From: an uncultured delta proteobacterium
Lineage (GTDB): Bacteria; Desulfobacterota; Binatia; DP-6
NCBI GenBank assembly: GCA_963815115.1
Contig: CAWFFN010000007.1
Location: 416,001-480,000 of the forward strand
DNA: 64,000 nucleotides
Direction of reading: 5' to 3'
In this document: piece by piece, positions 1 through 10,453 of the stretch
Position numbering within the stretch: position 1 is the first letter of the stretch
Layout of the letters: each line of letters starts with the position of its first letter
Translations under genes and position numbers: made by a program
Notes under the pieces: generated by a model
What the model was told of the DNA's origin: nothing
Database searches by the model: none
Seen by the model: only the letters and a program-made list of their open reading frames with translations

Positions 1-46
1 CTGCCAGCGCTTCCCGGTGTACCGGAGCCGTCTGGCGTAGGTCGGT

Positions 47-568
47 ATGCGGTGCCCGTTTTGCCGCACCACGGACAGCCGGGTGGTCGACTCGCGGCTC
101 GGGAAGGAAGGCGACGCCATCCGGCGCCGGCGGCACTGCGACCGCTGCGGGAGGCGCTTCACCACCTACGAGCGTGCGGATGCCACGCTCCCGCTGGTGG
201 TGAAGAAGGACGGACGCCGCCAGCCGTTCGACCGCCAGAAGATCGTCAACGGCCTGCTGCGCGCATGCGAGAAGCGGCCGGTCTCCGCGGACACGATCGA
301 GGCCGTGGCCGATCGCATCGAGCGACAGGTGCAGGAGCGCGGGGACAAGGAAGTCGTCAGCAGCGTGATCGGCGAGGCGGTGATGCGCGAGCTGCATGCG
401 CTCGACGCCGTGGCGTACGTCCGGTTCGCGTCCGTGTATCGATCCTTCGGGGACGTGCACGAGTTCATGCACGAGCTGGAGGAGCTCATCGCGGAGCGCC
501 GCGCGGTGCCGCGACGCCGGGGTGAGAGCGCCCGCTCGCGGACGACCGGCCGTCGCCGGAGGGGGTGA
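47..568 (+). CDS. nrdR: Transcriptional repressor NrdR
   Basis: [32 protein letters not shown] zinc ribbon, ATP cone, [10 protein letters not shown]. Confidence 0.97.
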   Translation: MRCPFCRTTDSRVVDSRLGKEGDAIRRRRHCDRCGRRFTTYERADATLPLVVKKDGRRQPFDRQKIVNGLLRACEKRPVSADTIEAVADRIERQVQERGDKEVVSSVIGEAVMRELHALDAVAYVRFASVYRSFGDVHEFMHELEELIAERRAVPRRRGESARSRTTGRRRRG

Positions 569-1731
569 TGCCGGCGGGCGGCCGACGTCCGACCGACGAG
601 GTGTGGATGCGGCGAGCGCTGGCGCTGGCGGCGCGCGGCCTGGGACGGACGTTCCCGAACCCTCCCGTCGGCGCGGTGCTGGTGCGTGGCGGCCGGGTGG
701 TCGGCGAGGGCTTCCACGCGCGCGCCGGAGGTCCCCACGCCGAGATCAATGCCATCCGTGCGGCGCGTGCGCGGGCCCGCGGCGCCGAGCTCTTCGTGAC
801 CCTGGAGCCGTGCTCCCATCACGGACGCACGCCACCCTGCGTGGAGGCGTTGCTCGATCTCGGTCTGCGCCGCGTCGTCGTCGGCGTCCACGATCCGAAC
901 CCGCGCGTCCGGGGACGCGGCATCCGGCGCCTGCGGCGTGCCGGCATTCCGGTGACCGTCGGCGTCGAGGCCGCGGCAGCGCACGAGCTGGTGGCCGGGT
1001 TCCGCTCCCGCGTGCTGCGCGGGCGTCCCCTGGTGACGCTCAAGCTGGCCGTGACGCTCGATGGTCGGATTGCGGCGGCCGGCGGCGATGCGCGCTGGAT
1101 CAGCGGCGCCGGGGCCCGCCGCCTCGTGCATCGGCTGCGCGGGGTCTCCGACGCCGTGCTGGTCGGCGCCGGCACGGTGCGGGCCGACGATCCCCGGCTG
1201 ACGTGCCGCATCGTCGGGGGACGCGACCCGCTCCGCATCGTGCTGGCGGGTCGAGAGCTGGCGCTGCCGCCGCGCGCGCACGTGCTCGCGCGGGACGGCC
1301 CGCCGACGCTGGTGATCTCGCCAGCCGGCGCCCGGCCGGATCGCGTGGCGGCGCTCGGACGGCGCGGGGTCGAGGTGCTGCTGCTCCCCGGGCGCGCCGG
1401 CCGCGTCTCCTTCCAGAAGGTCGTGGGCGCTCTCGGGGAGCGGGGTCTGACCACGCTGCTCGTCGAAGGCGGCAGCACGGTGGCGGCGGATGCGTTGCGT
1501 GCAGGAGTCGTCGACCGCGTCGTTCTCTTCGTCGCGCCTTCCTTCCTGGGTGCCGACGGCGTGGCGGCGGTTGGACCGCTCGGCATCCACCGAGCCGCGG
1601 ATGCGTTCCGGCTGGGACCGCTGACGGTGCGACGGATCGGAGGCGACCTGGTGCTGGAGGGCAAGCCCCGCCGGCGACGGCGGAGGCCTGCGCGCGCCGT
1701 ACCCTTTGCCTCGCACCGGGGAGCGCGCTAG
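565..1731 (+). CDS. ribD: Bifunctional riboflavin deaminase/reductase RibD
   Basis: [27 protein letters not shown], reductase EGG motif. Confidence 0.96.
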   Translation: MMPAGGRRPTDEVWMRRALALAARGLGRTFPNPPVGAVLVRGGRVVGEGFHARAGGPHAEINAIRAARARARGAELFVTLEPCSHHGRTPPCVEALLDLGLRRVVVGVHDPNPRVRGRGIRRLRRAGIPVTVGVEAAAAHELVAGFRSRVLRGRPLVTLKLAVTLDGRIAAAGGDARWISGAGARRLVHRLRGVSDAVLVGAGTVRADDPRLTCRIVGGRDPLRIVLAGRELALPPRAHVLARDGPPTLVISPAGARPDRVAALGRRGVEVLLLPGRAGRVSFQKVVGALGERGLTTLLVEGGSTVAADALRAGVVDRVVLFVAPSFLGADGVAAVGPLGIHRAADAFRLGPLTVRRIGGDLVLEGKPRRRRRRPARAVPFASHRGAR

Positions 1732-1740
1732 CCTACATCG

Positions 1741-2952
1741 ATGGCAGCTGCGGATCGTGGGCGCGAGCTCGCCGAACGACTCCGCGCGGGCAAGCTCGTC
1801 CTGCTGGTGGACAACGCGACGGAGCCGCCCGAGGCCGTGCTCGGCTGTGCGGCGGTGCGGGTGACGCCCGCCGCGGTGAACTTCATGGCGACGCATGGCC
1901 GCGGCCTGGTGTGCCTGGGGCTCACCCGCGAGCGCATGCGGCGCCTCGGCATTCCGCTGATGGCCGCCGAATCGGCGGCGCACCCGCCCGCCTACGGCGC
2001 ATCGATCGAGGCGCGACGGGGAGTCTCGACGGGCATCAGCGCGGGCGATCGAGCGACGACGATCCTCGCGGCCGTCGCGCCCGAGGCGACCTCGGCCGAC
2101 GTCGTGATGCCGGGCCACGTGACGCCCATCCAGCTCGTGCCGGGCGGCAGCCTGGTGCGCGCGGCGCTGCCCGAAGCGGCGAGCGATCTGGTGCGCCTCG
2201 CGGGGCTCGGCTTCGAGGCCGTGCTGTGCGAGGTCCTCGGCCGCGACGGCAACCTCGCCACGGCGTCGGAGCTGGCGAGCCTGGCACGCGCGCATCGTCT
2301 CCCGACGGTGACGGTCACGGACGTGATCCAGATGCGCCTCCGCTCCGACACGCTGGTGCGCCGGCGTGCGGAGGCTGCCCTCCCGGTGCACGGCGGTCCA
2401 GTCTTCCGGGCGGTGGTGTACGACAACAGCATCGATCAGCAGCAGCACATGGCCCTCGTGCTGGGCGACCTGCGGAGCGGGAGCGACGTGCTGGTGCGCC
2501 TGCACTCCGAGTGCCTCACCGGCGACGTCTTCGGCTCGCAGCGCTGCGACTGCGGCGAGCAGCTCGCGCAGGCCCTCCAGCTGATCGCCAAGGCAGGCAC
2601 CGGCGTCCTCGTCTACCTGCACCAGGAGGGCCGGGGGATCGGCCTGGCGAACAAGATCCGCGCCTACGCGCTCCAGGACCGCGGGCGCGACACGGTCGAG
2701 GCGAACCTCGAGCTCGGCTTCAAGGAGGATCTGCGGGACTACGGCATCGGCGCCCAGATCCTTCGCGACCTCGGCGTCGAGCGCGTCCGATTGCTGACCA
2801 ACAACCCGCAGAAGATCGCCGGGCTCGAGGCCTATGGCATCACCGTGGTGGCGCGGGCCCCGCTCGAGGTCGAGCCCCACGCCGGCAACATCGACTACCT
2901 CCGTACCAAGCAGGCGAAGCTCGGACACCTCCTGTCCGGTCTGCCACGGTGA
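1741..2952 (+). CDS. ribBA: RibBA-type fusion: degenerate DHBP synthase domain plus intact GTP cyclohydrolase II
   Basis: C-terminal [37 protein letters not shown] intact; N-terminal DHBPS fold recognisable but catalytic motifs altered. Confidence 0.92.
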   Translation: MAAADRGRELAERLRAGKLVLLVDNATEPPEAVLGCAAVRVTPAAVNFMATHGRGLVCLGLTRERMRRLGIPLMAAESAAHPPAYGASIEARRGVSTGISAGDRATTILAAVAPEATSADVVMPGHVTPIQLVPGGSLVRAALPEAASDLVRLAGLGFEAVLCEVLGRDGNLATASELASLARAHRLPTVTVTDVIQMRLRSDTLVRRRAEAALPVHGGPVFRAVVYDNSIDQQQHMALVLGDLRSGSDVLVRLHSECLTGDVFGSQRCDCGEQLAQALQLIAKAGTGVLVYLHQEGRGIGLANKIRAYALQDRGRDTVEANLELGFKEDLRDYGIGAQILRDLGVERVRLLTNNPQKIAGLEAYGITVVARAPLEVEPHAGNIDYLRTKQAKLGHLLSGLPR

Positions 2953-2964
2953 GCGCCGGGACCA

Positions 2965-3438
2965 GTGCCACGCCACCTCCAGGCTGAGCCCACGGGCGAC
3001 GGGCTGCGCATCGGGATCGCGCTCGCGCGCTTCAACCGGGCCGTCACCGATCGGCTGCTGGCCGGCGCCCTCGAAGCGCTCGTAGCCCACGGCGTCGCGG
3101 ACGACGCGATCGACGTGGCCACGGTGCCGGGCGCCTTCGAGCTGCCGCTGTGCGCGCAGCGGCTCGCCATCACCGGGCGCTACGACGCGCTCGTCTGCCT
3201 CGGAGCAGTGATCCGCGGCGAGACGCCGCACTTCGAGTTCGTGGCCGGGCAGGCCGCGTGCGGGACCGGCGAGGTGGCGCGCCGCTACGATCTGCCGGTA
3301 GCCTTCGGCGTGCTGACCACCGACACGATGGAGCAAGCGCTCGCGCGTGCCGGCGGGGCGGCCGGCAACAAGGGCTACGAGGCGGCGGTGACGGCGCTCG
3401 AGATGGTGCAGGTCCTGCGCGTGGTGCAGAAGTTCTGA
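2965..3438 (+). CDS. ribH: 6,7-dimethyl-8-ribityllumazine synthase
   Basis: ARFN, VPGAFELP, LGAVIRGETPHFE, FGVLTT, GNKG. Confidence 0.97.
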   Translation: MPRHLQAEPTGDGLRIGIALARFNRAVTDRLLAGALEALVAHGVADDAIDVATVPGAFELPLCAQRLAITGRYDALVCLGAVIRGETPHFEFVAGQAACGTGEVARRYDLPVAFGVLTTDTMEQALARAGGAAGNKGYEAAVTALEMVQVLRVVQKF

Positions 3439-3439
3439 G

Positions 3440-3880
3440 ATGGGTGCCCGGCGCGAAGCACGCGAGCTCGCCCTGCAGGCGCTCTACCAGGCCGACCTGC
3501 TCGGTGCAGACGAGCCGGGGACGAAAAGCCTGGCGCTCTTCTGGGAGCACTTCGACTCCGACGCGGAGGACGAGGTGGTCGCCTTCGCGCGCGAGCTCGT
3601 GGAAGGGGTGCGCGAGCACGGCGAACGCATCGACGCACTGATCGCCGAGAGCGCGGAGCACTGGCGCCTGCCGCGGCTGTCGCGCGTCGACCTGAGCGTG
3701 CTCCGCCTGGCGACCTTCGAGCTCTTCGGCCGCCCCGAGATTCCCGCCTCCGTCACGTTGAACGAGGCGGTCGAGATCGCGCGGCGGTTCGGCAGCGAGG
3801 AGTCGCCGGCGTTCGTCAACGGCGTCCTCGACCACATCGCGCGGCAGCTGGCCGGAGACCGGGCGCGCGGCGAGGGCTAG
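3440..3880 (+). CDS. nusB: Transcription antitermination factor NusB
   Basis: RREARELALQALYQ, NEAVEIARRF, FVNGVLD; follows ribH. Confidence 0.97.
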   Translation: MGARREARELALQALYQADLLGADEPGTKSLALFWEHFDSDAEDEVVAFARELVEGVREHGERIDALIAESAEHWRLPRLSRVDLSVLRLATFELFGRPEIPASVTLNEAVEIARRFGSEESPAFVNGVLDHIARQLAGDRARGEG

Positions 3881-3885
3881 GCGGG

Positions 3886-6364
3886 ATGGGGGCACGGGAG
3901 GGGACGCCGCACTACGACACCCAATCGCTGGAGGCGAAGTGGCAGGCGCGCTGGGCCGCCGAGCGGACGCTTCGATGCCGTCGTCGACCCGGGCAGACCA
4001 CCGTACTACGTGCTCGAGATGTTCCCCTATCCGTCGGGCGACATCCACATGGGGCACGTGCGCAACTACACCATCGGCGACGTGATCGCGCGCCAGCGTC
4101 GGATGGCGGGATTCAGCGTGCTCCATCCGATGGGGTGGGACGCGTTCGGCCTTCCCGCGGAGAACGCGGCCATCCAGCACGGCATCCATCCGGCGCGCTG
4201 GACCGCGGACAACATCGCGCGCATGCGGTCGCAGCTGCGCCGGCTCGGCTTCTCCTACGACTGGAACCGCGAGCTGGCCACGTGCGATCCCGCGTACTAC
4301 CGGTGGGAGCAGCTCTTCTTCCTGCGCATGCTGGAGCGCGGGCTCGCCTACAAGCGGCGCGGCACGGTCAACTGGTGTCCGCGCTGCGAGACCGTGCTGG
4401 CGAACGAGCAGGTGAGCGATGGCACCTGCTGGCGCTGCGACGGTCCGGTCGAGGAGCGCGAGCTGGAGCAGTGGTTCTTCCGCATCACGGCGTATGCCGA
4501 GGAGCTGCTGGCCGATCTCGATCGATTGCAGGGCTGGCCAGAGCGCGTCGTCACCATGCAGCGCAACTGGATCGGCCGCAGCGCGGGCGCGCTCATCCGC
4601 TTCCCGCTCGACGGCCATGCGGGCGAGGTCGCCGTCTTCACGACGCGGCCCGACACCCTCTTCGGGGCGTCGTTCGTGAGCCTGGCGGCCGAGCATCCGC
4701 TGGTGGCCGAGCTGGTCGCCGGGACGACGAGCGAGGCCGAGGTGTCCGCGTTCGCGGCGCGCGTCCGCGCCAGCGCGCGGACCGAGCGCACGACGGGCAA
4801 GGAAGGCGTCCCCACGGGGGCGTTCTGCCGCCATCCGCTCACCGGCGAGCGGCTGCCGATCTGGGTCGCCAACTTCGTGCTCATGGACTACGGCACCGGG
4901 GCCGTCATGGCCGTGCCGGCGCACGACCAGCGCGACTTCGAGTTCGCGCGGGCGTACGCGCTGCCGGTGCGGGTCGTCGTGCAGCCGCCCGGCGAGCGCC
5001 TCGACTCGCCTTCGATGGCGCAGGCCTGGGAGGGCCCCGGCACGCTGGTCGGGTCGGCGGGGTTCGACGGGCTCGACAGCGAGACCGCGAAGACCCGGAT
5101 CACCGACGCCCTCGCGGGGCGCGGGCTCGGCGAGGCGCGCGTCACGTATCGCCTGCGCGACTGGGGCGTGTCCCGCCAGCGGGCGTGGGGCTCCCCGATT
5201 CCCGTCGTCTACTGCGAGCGTGACGGCATGGTGCCGATCCCGGAGTCGGAGCTCCCCGTGGTGCTCCCCGACGACCTCGCCTTCACCGGACGCGGCGGCT
5301 CGCCGCTCGCGGCAGACGCCGCCTTCGTGCGCACCCGCTGCCCCCGCTGCGACGGCGAGGCCCGCCGCGAGACCGACACCATGGACACCTTCGTGCAGTC
5401 GTCCTGGTACTTCGCGCGCTACTGCTCGCCGCGCGCCGACGGGACGCCCTTCGACCCGGTGGAGACGGAGTACTGGCTCGGACGACGCGGCGTCGACGAG
5501 TACATCGGCGGCATCGAGCATGCCGTGCTCCACCTGCTCTACGCGCGCTTCTTCACCAAGGTACTGCGCGACCTGGGATTCCTGGCGCTCGACGAGCCGT
5601 TCCGCCGGCTGCTCACCCAGGGGATGGTGATCAAGGACGGCGCGAAGATGAGCAAGTCGAAGGGGAACGTGGTCGATCCCGACCACCTGGTGGGGCGCTA
5701 CGGCGCCGACACGGCGCGCCTCTTCTGCCTGTTCGCGTCGCCGCCCGAGCGCGACCTCGAGTGGAGCGACCAGGGGGTCGAGGGAATGAGCCGTTTCCTC
5801 GGCCGCGTGTGGCGGCTCGTCCACGGCGTGGCTGCCCGCCTGGCGCCCCCGGGAAGCGCGCCGTCGCTCGCCGCCGCGGCGGATCGCGATCTTCACCGCG
5901 TGACCCATCAAACGATCCAGCGCGTCAGCGACGACGTGGTGGAACGACGGCACTTCAACACCGCCATCGCGGCGGTCATGGAGCTGGTCACCGCGACCGC
6001 CCTGGTGGCGGAGACGGCGCATCCCGCGACCCTGCGCGAGACCGTGGACGCGATCCTGCTGCTCCTGGCGCCCTTCGTCCCCCATGTCGCGAGCGAGCTG
6101 TGGGAGGCGACCGGCCACGCCGACGGGCTGGCCGACGCCGCGTGGCCCCGCGCGGACAGCGCGGCCCTCGTGCGCGCCACCATCGAGCTGCCCGTGCAGA
6201 TCAACGGCAAGGTGCGTGCCCGCCTGAGCCTGCCCGCCGACAGCTCGACCGAGGACGTCCTGGCGGCGGCGCTGGCGGATGCGCGGGTGCAGGAGCAGCT
6301 CGGCGGTCGGACGGTGCGCAAGCACGTCTTCGTGCCGGGCCGCATGCTGAGCCTGGTGGTATGA
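3886..6364 (+). CDS. leuS: Leucine--tRNA ligase (one-base frameshift near 3970)
   Basis: N-terminus [14 protein letters not shown] in ORF 3886; [15 protein letters not shown] and KMSKS in ORF 4010..6364. Confidence 0.95.
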
Positions 6365-6951
6365 GACATCGGATGCGACTGGTGGCAGCGCTCGGGCTGG
6401 CAATGCTGGCGGCGGGCTGCGGCTACAACTTCGCCGGCACGGGACCGAACGTGCCCACCTCGGCACGCACCATCAGCATCGCGCTGTTCAACAACCGCAC
6501 GCGTGAGAAGGGTCTCGACGTCCAGCTGCAGCGCGCCCTCGAGGAGGAGTTCCGCCGGCGCGGCACGCTGACGGTGGTGCGCGACGGCGACAGCGACCTG
6601 GTGCTCAGTGGCACGATCCGGCGCTTCACGACGGTCCCGGTCGCCTACAGCGCGACCGGCGAGGCGGTCGCGTACCAGGGGTATCTCCAGGTGTCGCTCA
6701 GGCTGACCCAGCGCGCGGGTAGTCACGTGCTGTACGAGAACCCCGAGCTGGTGGAGACGCTCGACTTCGGGAGCGTCACCGGCATCGTGGTGACGGCGTC
6801 GCCCCGCTTCCAGGAAGGCACCATCGACGCGCGCGACCTCGTGAACATGACCAACGTGCAGATCAGCGAGGTCCGGCGCCAGACCTCGCTGGACGAACTC
6901 GTGACCCTGCTCGCGCGTGACGCCTACCTGCAGTCGGTGGAGGCCTTCTGA
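6361..6951 (+). CDS. lptE: LptE-family LPS assembly lipoprotein
   Basis: ATG 6361 overlaps leuS stop; lipobox LAAG-C followed by GYNF; leuS-lptE-holA synteny. Confidence 0.85.
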   Translation: MRHRMRLVAALGLAMLAAGCGYNFAGTGPNVPTSARTISIALFNNRTREKGLDVQLQRALEEEFRRRGTLTVVRDGDSDLVLSGTIRRFTTVPVAYSATGEAVAYQGYLQVSLRLTQRAGSHVLYENPELVETLDFGSVTGIVVTASPRFQEGTIDARDLVNMTNVQISEVRRQTSLDELVTLLARDAYLQSVEAF

Positions 6952-7985
6952 GTCCGGTCGGCCGGCGGCCACCCGCCCAGTCGGGCGGCGCGGACCCGCT
7001 GGCAGCGCTGGCCCGCGAGCCGCTGCGAGCTGCCTATCTCGTGCACGGCGAGGAGACCCTTCTCGTCGATCGGGCGCTGGCGCTGCTGGGCGAGCGCCTG
7101 TCTGCGGGCGACCGGCCGGCGAGCACGCGCACGCTGTGGGCTGGCGAGGACCCGCAACGGCTGGCAACCGCTCTGGACGACCTCGCCTCGCCGCTCCTCT
7201 TCGGTGCCGCGCAGGTCCTGGTCGTCCGCCGCGCGGAGGCGCTGGGCGCGAAGGACGAGGAGCTGATCCTGGCGGCGCTGCCGCGGCTCGGCACGGCCGG
7301 GGCTCTGATCCTGGTCGCGGGTGCGCTCGACTCCCGCCGGCGCCTGCTCGCGGCGTTCACGCGTGACGGCGCGGCCTACGCGTTCCCGCGGGTGGCCGAT
7401 CCGCGCGTGCTGCGCGAGTGGGTCTCCCGCCTGGCGCGCGAGCTCGGCCACGGCATCCGGCCCGATGCGATCGACCTGCTCGTGGAGCGCACCCCGGCCG
7501 ATCTCGGGGTGCTCGCCTCCGAGCTGGACAAGGCCTCGCTCTACGCCGGGCGGGGCGTGGCCATCGAGGCCGGTCACGTGGAGGCGACGGCGACGGGCAG
7601 CCGCGCCGCAGCGGTCGAGGAGGTGGCCGATCGTCTGGCTCGACGCGACCTGGCGGGCGCCTGCCGTGCCCTGAGGAGCCTGCTACGCGCGGGCGAGCCG
7701 CCGATCCGGCTGGCCGCCTTTCTCGCCGCGAGCCTGCGGCGCGCCCTTCACGTGGCGGAGCTACGCGGTGCGGGGCTGGACGTCGACGCCGCGGCGGCCA
7801 GGCTGGGGATGCCGAGCTGGCTGGTCCGCCGGGTGGACGGGTCGCGTTCCGCGGCCCAGCTCGAGCAGGCGCTGGACGCGCTGCGCGACCTCGATCTGGC
7901 GCTCAAGAGCTCACGTCCGGCAGCGGCCGCCTTCGAAGCGGCGCTGCTCCGGATCGCGGACCCGGCTACGCCCCGGCGGCCCTGA
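6948..7985 (+). CDS. holA: DNA polymerase III delta subunit (start uncertain: CTG 6948 or GTG 7041)
   Basis: YLVHGEE, LASELDKASLYAG, DLALKSS; synteny. Confidence 0.88.
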   Translation: MSPVGRRPPAQSGGADPLAALAREPLRAAYLVHGEETLLVDRALALLGERLSAGDRPASTRTLWAGEDPQRLATALDDLASPLLFGAAQVLVVRRAEALGAKDEELILAALPRLGTAGALILVAGALDSRRRLLAAFTRDGAAYAFPRVADPRVLREWVSRLARELGHGIRPDAIDLLVERTPADLGVLASELDKASLYAGRGVAIEAGHVEATATGSRAAAVEEVADRLARRDLAGACRALRSLLRAGEPPIRLAAFLAASLRRALHVAELRGAGLDVDAAAARLGMPSWLVRRVDGSRSAAQLEQALDALRDLDLALKSSRPAAAAFEAALLRIADPATPRRP

Positions 7986-8241
7986 GCTTGCCGACGGCGC
8001 GCGACAGGCGCGCGACGCGGCGGGCTGCGTTGTTGCGGTGGAGGAGGCCCTTGCTGACGGCCTTGTCGAGTGCGCGCGCGGCGCGCCCCAGGGTCTCCTC
8101 CGCGATTGCGAGGTCCTTGCCGACGACGGCCTGACGGACGGCCCGCACGGCATGGCGAAGCCGGGTACGCAGCGCCTGGTTCCGCGCCGTGCGCTTCAGC
8201 GTCTGACGATGGCGCTTCAGCGCCGAGGCGTGGTTTGCCAC
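7966..8241 (-). CDS. rpsT: 30S ribosomal protein S20
   Basis: ANHASALKRHRQ..LDKAVSKGLLHRNNAARRVARL. Confidence 0.96.
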   Translation of the reverse strand: MANHASALKRHRQTLKRTARNQALRTRLRHAVRAVRQAVVGKDLAIAEETLGRAARALDKAVSKGLLHRNNAARRVARLSRAVGKLRAAGA

Positions 8242-8285
8242 CGCGGCGTCGGTTACCACGGGCTCGATTGTGGGTCAAACCGGCG

Positions 8286-9080
8286 TCATCGTGCGGCCTT
8301 CGCATCCTCCCAGAGACGGTCACGCTCGGAGGGTTCGAGCTGCCCGAGCGAGCGTGCGGCCGCCTCTGCCGCTGCCTCGACGTGGACGACACGGCGGGCG
8401 AGGCGCGTCGTGGCGTCGCGCAGCGCCATCTCGGCGTCCAGCTCGAGATGGCGTGCCACGCTGGTGAGCGTGAGCAGGAGGTCGCCGAGCTCACGGCCGG
8501 CGGCCTCCCGATCGTCGGCGCCGATGGCCTCGGCGAGCTCGTGGCGTTCCTCGTCCAGCTTGCCGAGGACGCCAGCGAGATCGGGCCAGTCGAATCCCAC
8601 CTGCGCCAGCTTCTCGCCGATCTGCTGGGCGCGGGCGAGGGCGGGCTGGCCGGGGGGAACGGTCGCGAGCACGCTGGGGTCGCCACCTGCCGCCCGTCGC
8701 TCCTCGGCTTTGATACGCCGCCAGTTGCGCACCACCTCGTCGGCGTCATGCACCTGGACATCGCCGAAGACATGCGGATGGCGCCGCACCAGCTTGTCCG
8801 CGATGGCGCGGGCGACGTCGGCGAGGCGGAACCGCCCATCCTCCGCTGCGATGGCGGCGTGAAACACCACCTGCAGCAGCACGTCACCGAGCTCGTCGCG
8901 CAGCGCCGGGACGTCGCCCCGATCGATCGCCTCCAGCACCTCGTAGGCTTCCTCCACCAGGTAGGGACGCAGGCTCTCGTGCGTCTGCTCGCGGTCCCAC
9001 GGGCAGCCGCCGGGCGCCCGGAGGCGGCCCATGACGTCGACCAGGCGGCCCAGGCTCTCGAGGGTATCGGGGTCGGCCAT
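8286..9080 (-). CDS. mazG: Nucleoside triphosphate pyrophosphohydrolase MazG
   Basis: LRAPGGCPWDREQTHESL, EEAYE, DELGDVLLQVVFH, RRHPHVF. Confidence 0.96.
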   Translation of the reverse strand: MADPDTLESLGRLVDVMGRLRAPGGCPWDREQTHESLRPYLVEEAYEVLEAIDRGDVPALRDELGDVLLQVVFHAAIAAEDGRFRLADVARAIADKLVRRHPHVFGDVQVHDADEVVRNWRRIKAEERRAAGGDPSVLATVPPGQPALARAQQIGEKLAQVGFDWPDLAGVLGKLDEERHELAEAIGADDREAAGRELGDLLLTLTSVARHLELDAEMALRDATTRLARRVVHVEAAAEAAARSLGQLEPSERDRLWEDAKAAR

Positions 9081-9157
9081 CCGTGTCGGCTAACGGCCTC
9101 CCGGCGCGCTGTCAACGCGTGCTTGCCTCGTCCGCGGCCGCGGTCTAACCAGCATCC

Positions 9158-9418
9158 GTGGCGCGCGTGAAGATGTACACGACTCCGGGCTGTCCCTTCT
9201 GCGTCCGCGCGAAGCGTCTCCTGGAGGCGCGCGGCATCCCCTTCGAGGAAGTGGATGTCGGCAACGACGATGCCCTGCGCGAGGAGGTCATGCAGCGCAC
9301 GGGTCGGCGTACGGTGCCGCAGATCTTCATCGACGAGCGCTCGATCGGCGGCTTCGAGGAGCTGGCCGCGCTCGACGCGGCCGGGGAGCTGGCGGCGCTG
9401 CGTGAGCCCGCTGCGTGA
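9158..9418 (+). CDS. grxC: Glutaredoxin 3
   Basis: CPFC, TVPQIFI, IGG. Confidence 0.92.
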   Translation: MARVKMYTTPGCPFCVRAKRLLEARGIPFEEVDVGNDDALREEVMQRTGRRTVPQIFIDERSIGGFEELAALDAAGELAALREPAA

Positions 9419-9906
9419 CGCTCGCGCGCGCGACGACGGGCATGCTCGCGGCGCTCTGGACCGTCGTGTCCGCCGCGTCCGTCACGGCCGCCGAGCAAGC
9501 GGGCAGCGCGAGCGTCGAGACCACGGGCAAGCGCCTGTACCTCGAGCGCTGCGCGCCCTGCCACGGCGACGGCGGAGCGGGCGACGGCCCGGCGGCCGCG
9601 GCGATCGACCCCAAGCCGCAGAACTTCCGCGACGCCGCTTTCTGGAAGGGGCGGACGACCGCGCAGCTGCGCCAGGCGGTCCGCGAGGGCAAGTCGGGCA
9701 CGCTCATGGCGCCGTTCGAGGGGGTGCTCAGCGATGAGGAGATCGACGCGGTCGTCGGCTACCTCGCGCGCTTCCGTCCGGCAGCCGGCACCGGCGCAGG
9801 TGCTGGTGATGGCGAAGTATCCCTCGCCCGGAGAAGTGAAGACCCGGTTGGCGGCGCAGATCGGGGCGGGGGCGGCATGCCGGCTGTACGAGGCGTTCAT
9901 CCGTGA
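9415..9906 (+). CDS. Exported monoheme cytochrome c
   Basis: Signal peptide, CAPCH, GDGPAA..P.NF, distal Met (TLMAPF); tail overlaps next gene. Confidence 0.88.
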   Translation: MTLARATTGMLAALWTVVSAASVTAAEQAGSASVETTGKRLYLERCAPCHGDGGAGDGPAAAAIDPKPQNFRDAAFWKGRTTAQLRQAVREGKSGTLMAPFEGVLSDEEIDAVVGYLARFRPAAGTGAGAGDGEVSLARRSEDPVGGADRGGGGMPAVRGVHP

Positions 9907-10453
9907 TCTGGCCGGGCGCCTGGTCGCTCTCGGCTTCCCGGTGACCTGGGCGTTCTCGCCGCCGGCGGCGCCGTTCGCGGAGCTGGTCCCGGGCCAGCGC
10001 TGCGTGCCGCAGGTGGGCCGTGATCTCGGCGAGCGCATGGAGGCAGCCACGCGGGAATGCCTCGCGACCCTGGGGCTGCCGGTGCTCACGCTCGGAGCCG
10101 ATGCTCCCCACGTCGATGCCGGCAGCGTGCGCGAGGCCGCGGTCGCGCTCGGCGGTGCAGCGGACGTCGTGCTCGGCCCGGCGGCGGACGGGGGCTACTA
10201 CCTGATCGGGCTCCGCCGCTCGAGGCCGGAGCTGTTTCGCGACGTGGCGTGGGGCTCGTCCAGTGTTCTCGCAACGACGCTGGCGCGCGCAGCCGACGCC
10301 GGACTCCGCGTGCGGCTGCTGGCGCCGACCTTCGACGTCGACGACGCGGCGGGCCTGGACGCGTTGCGCGCGTTGCTCGCGGGAGGAACCGTGGCGCTGC
10401 CGCACACGGCCGCCGTCCTCGATGCCCTGCGCGCGGACTCGTCCTACTCCTGA
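9800..10453 (+). CDS. DUF2064 / TIGR04282-like nucleotidyl/glycosyltransferase-fold protein (start uncertain)
   Basis: VMAKYPSPGEVKTRL, QVGRDLGERM, GADAP, VLGPAADGGYYLIG, FDVD. Confidence 0.85.
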   Translation: MLVMAKYPSPGEVKTRLAAQIGAGAACRLYEAFIRDLAGRLVALGFPVTWAFSPPAAPFAELVPGQRCVPQVGRDLGERMEAATRECLATLGLPVLTLGADAPHVDAGSVREAAVALGGAADVVLGPAADGGYYLIGLRRSRPELFRDVAWGSSSVLATTLARAADAGLRVRLLAPTFDVDDAAGLDALRALLAGGTVALPHTAAVLDALRADSSYS

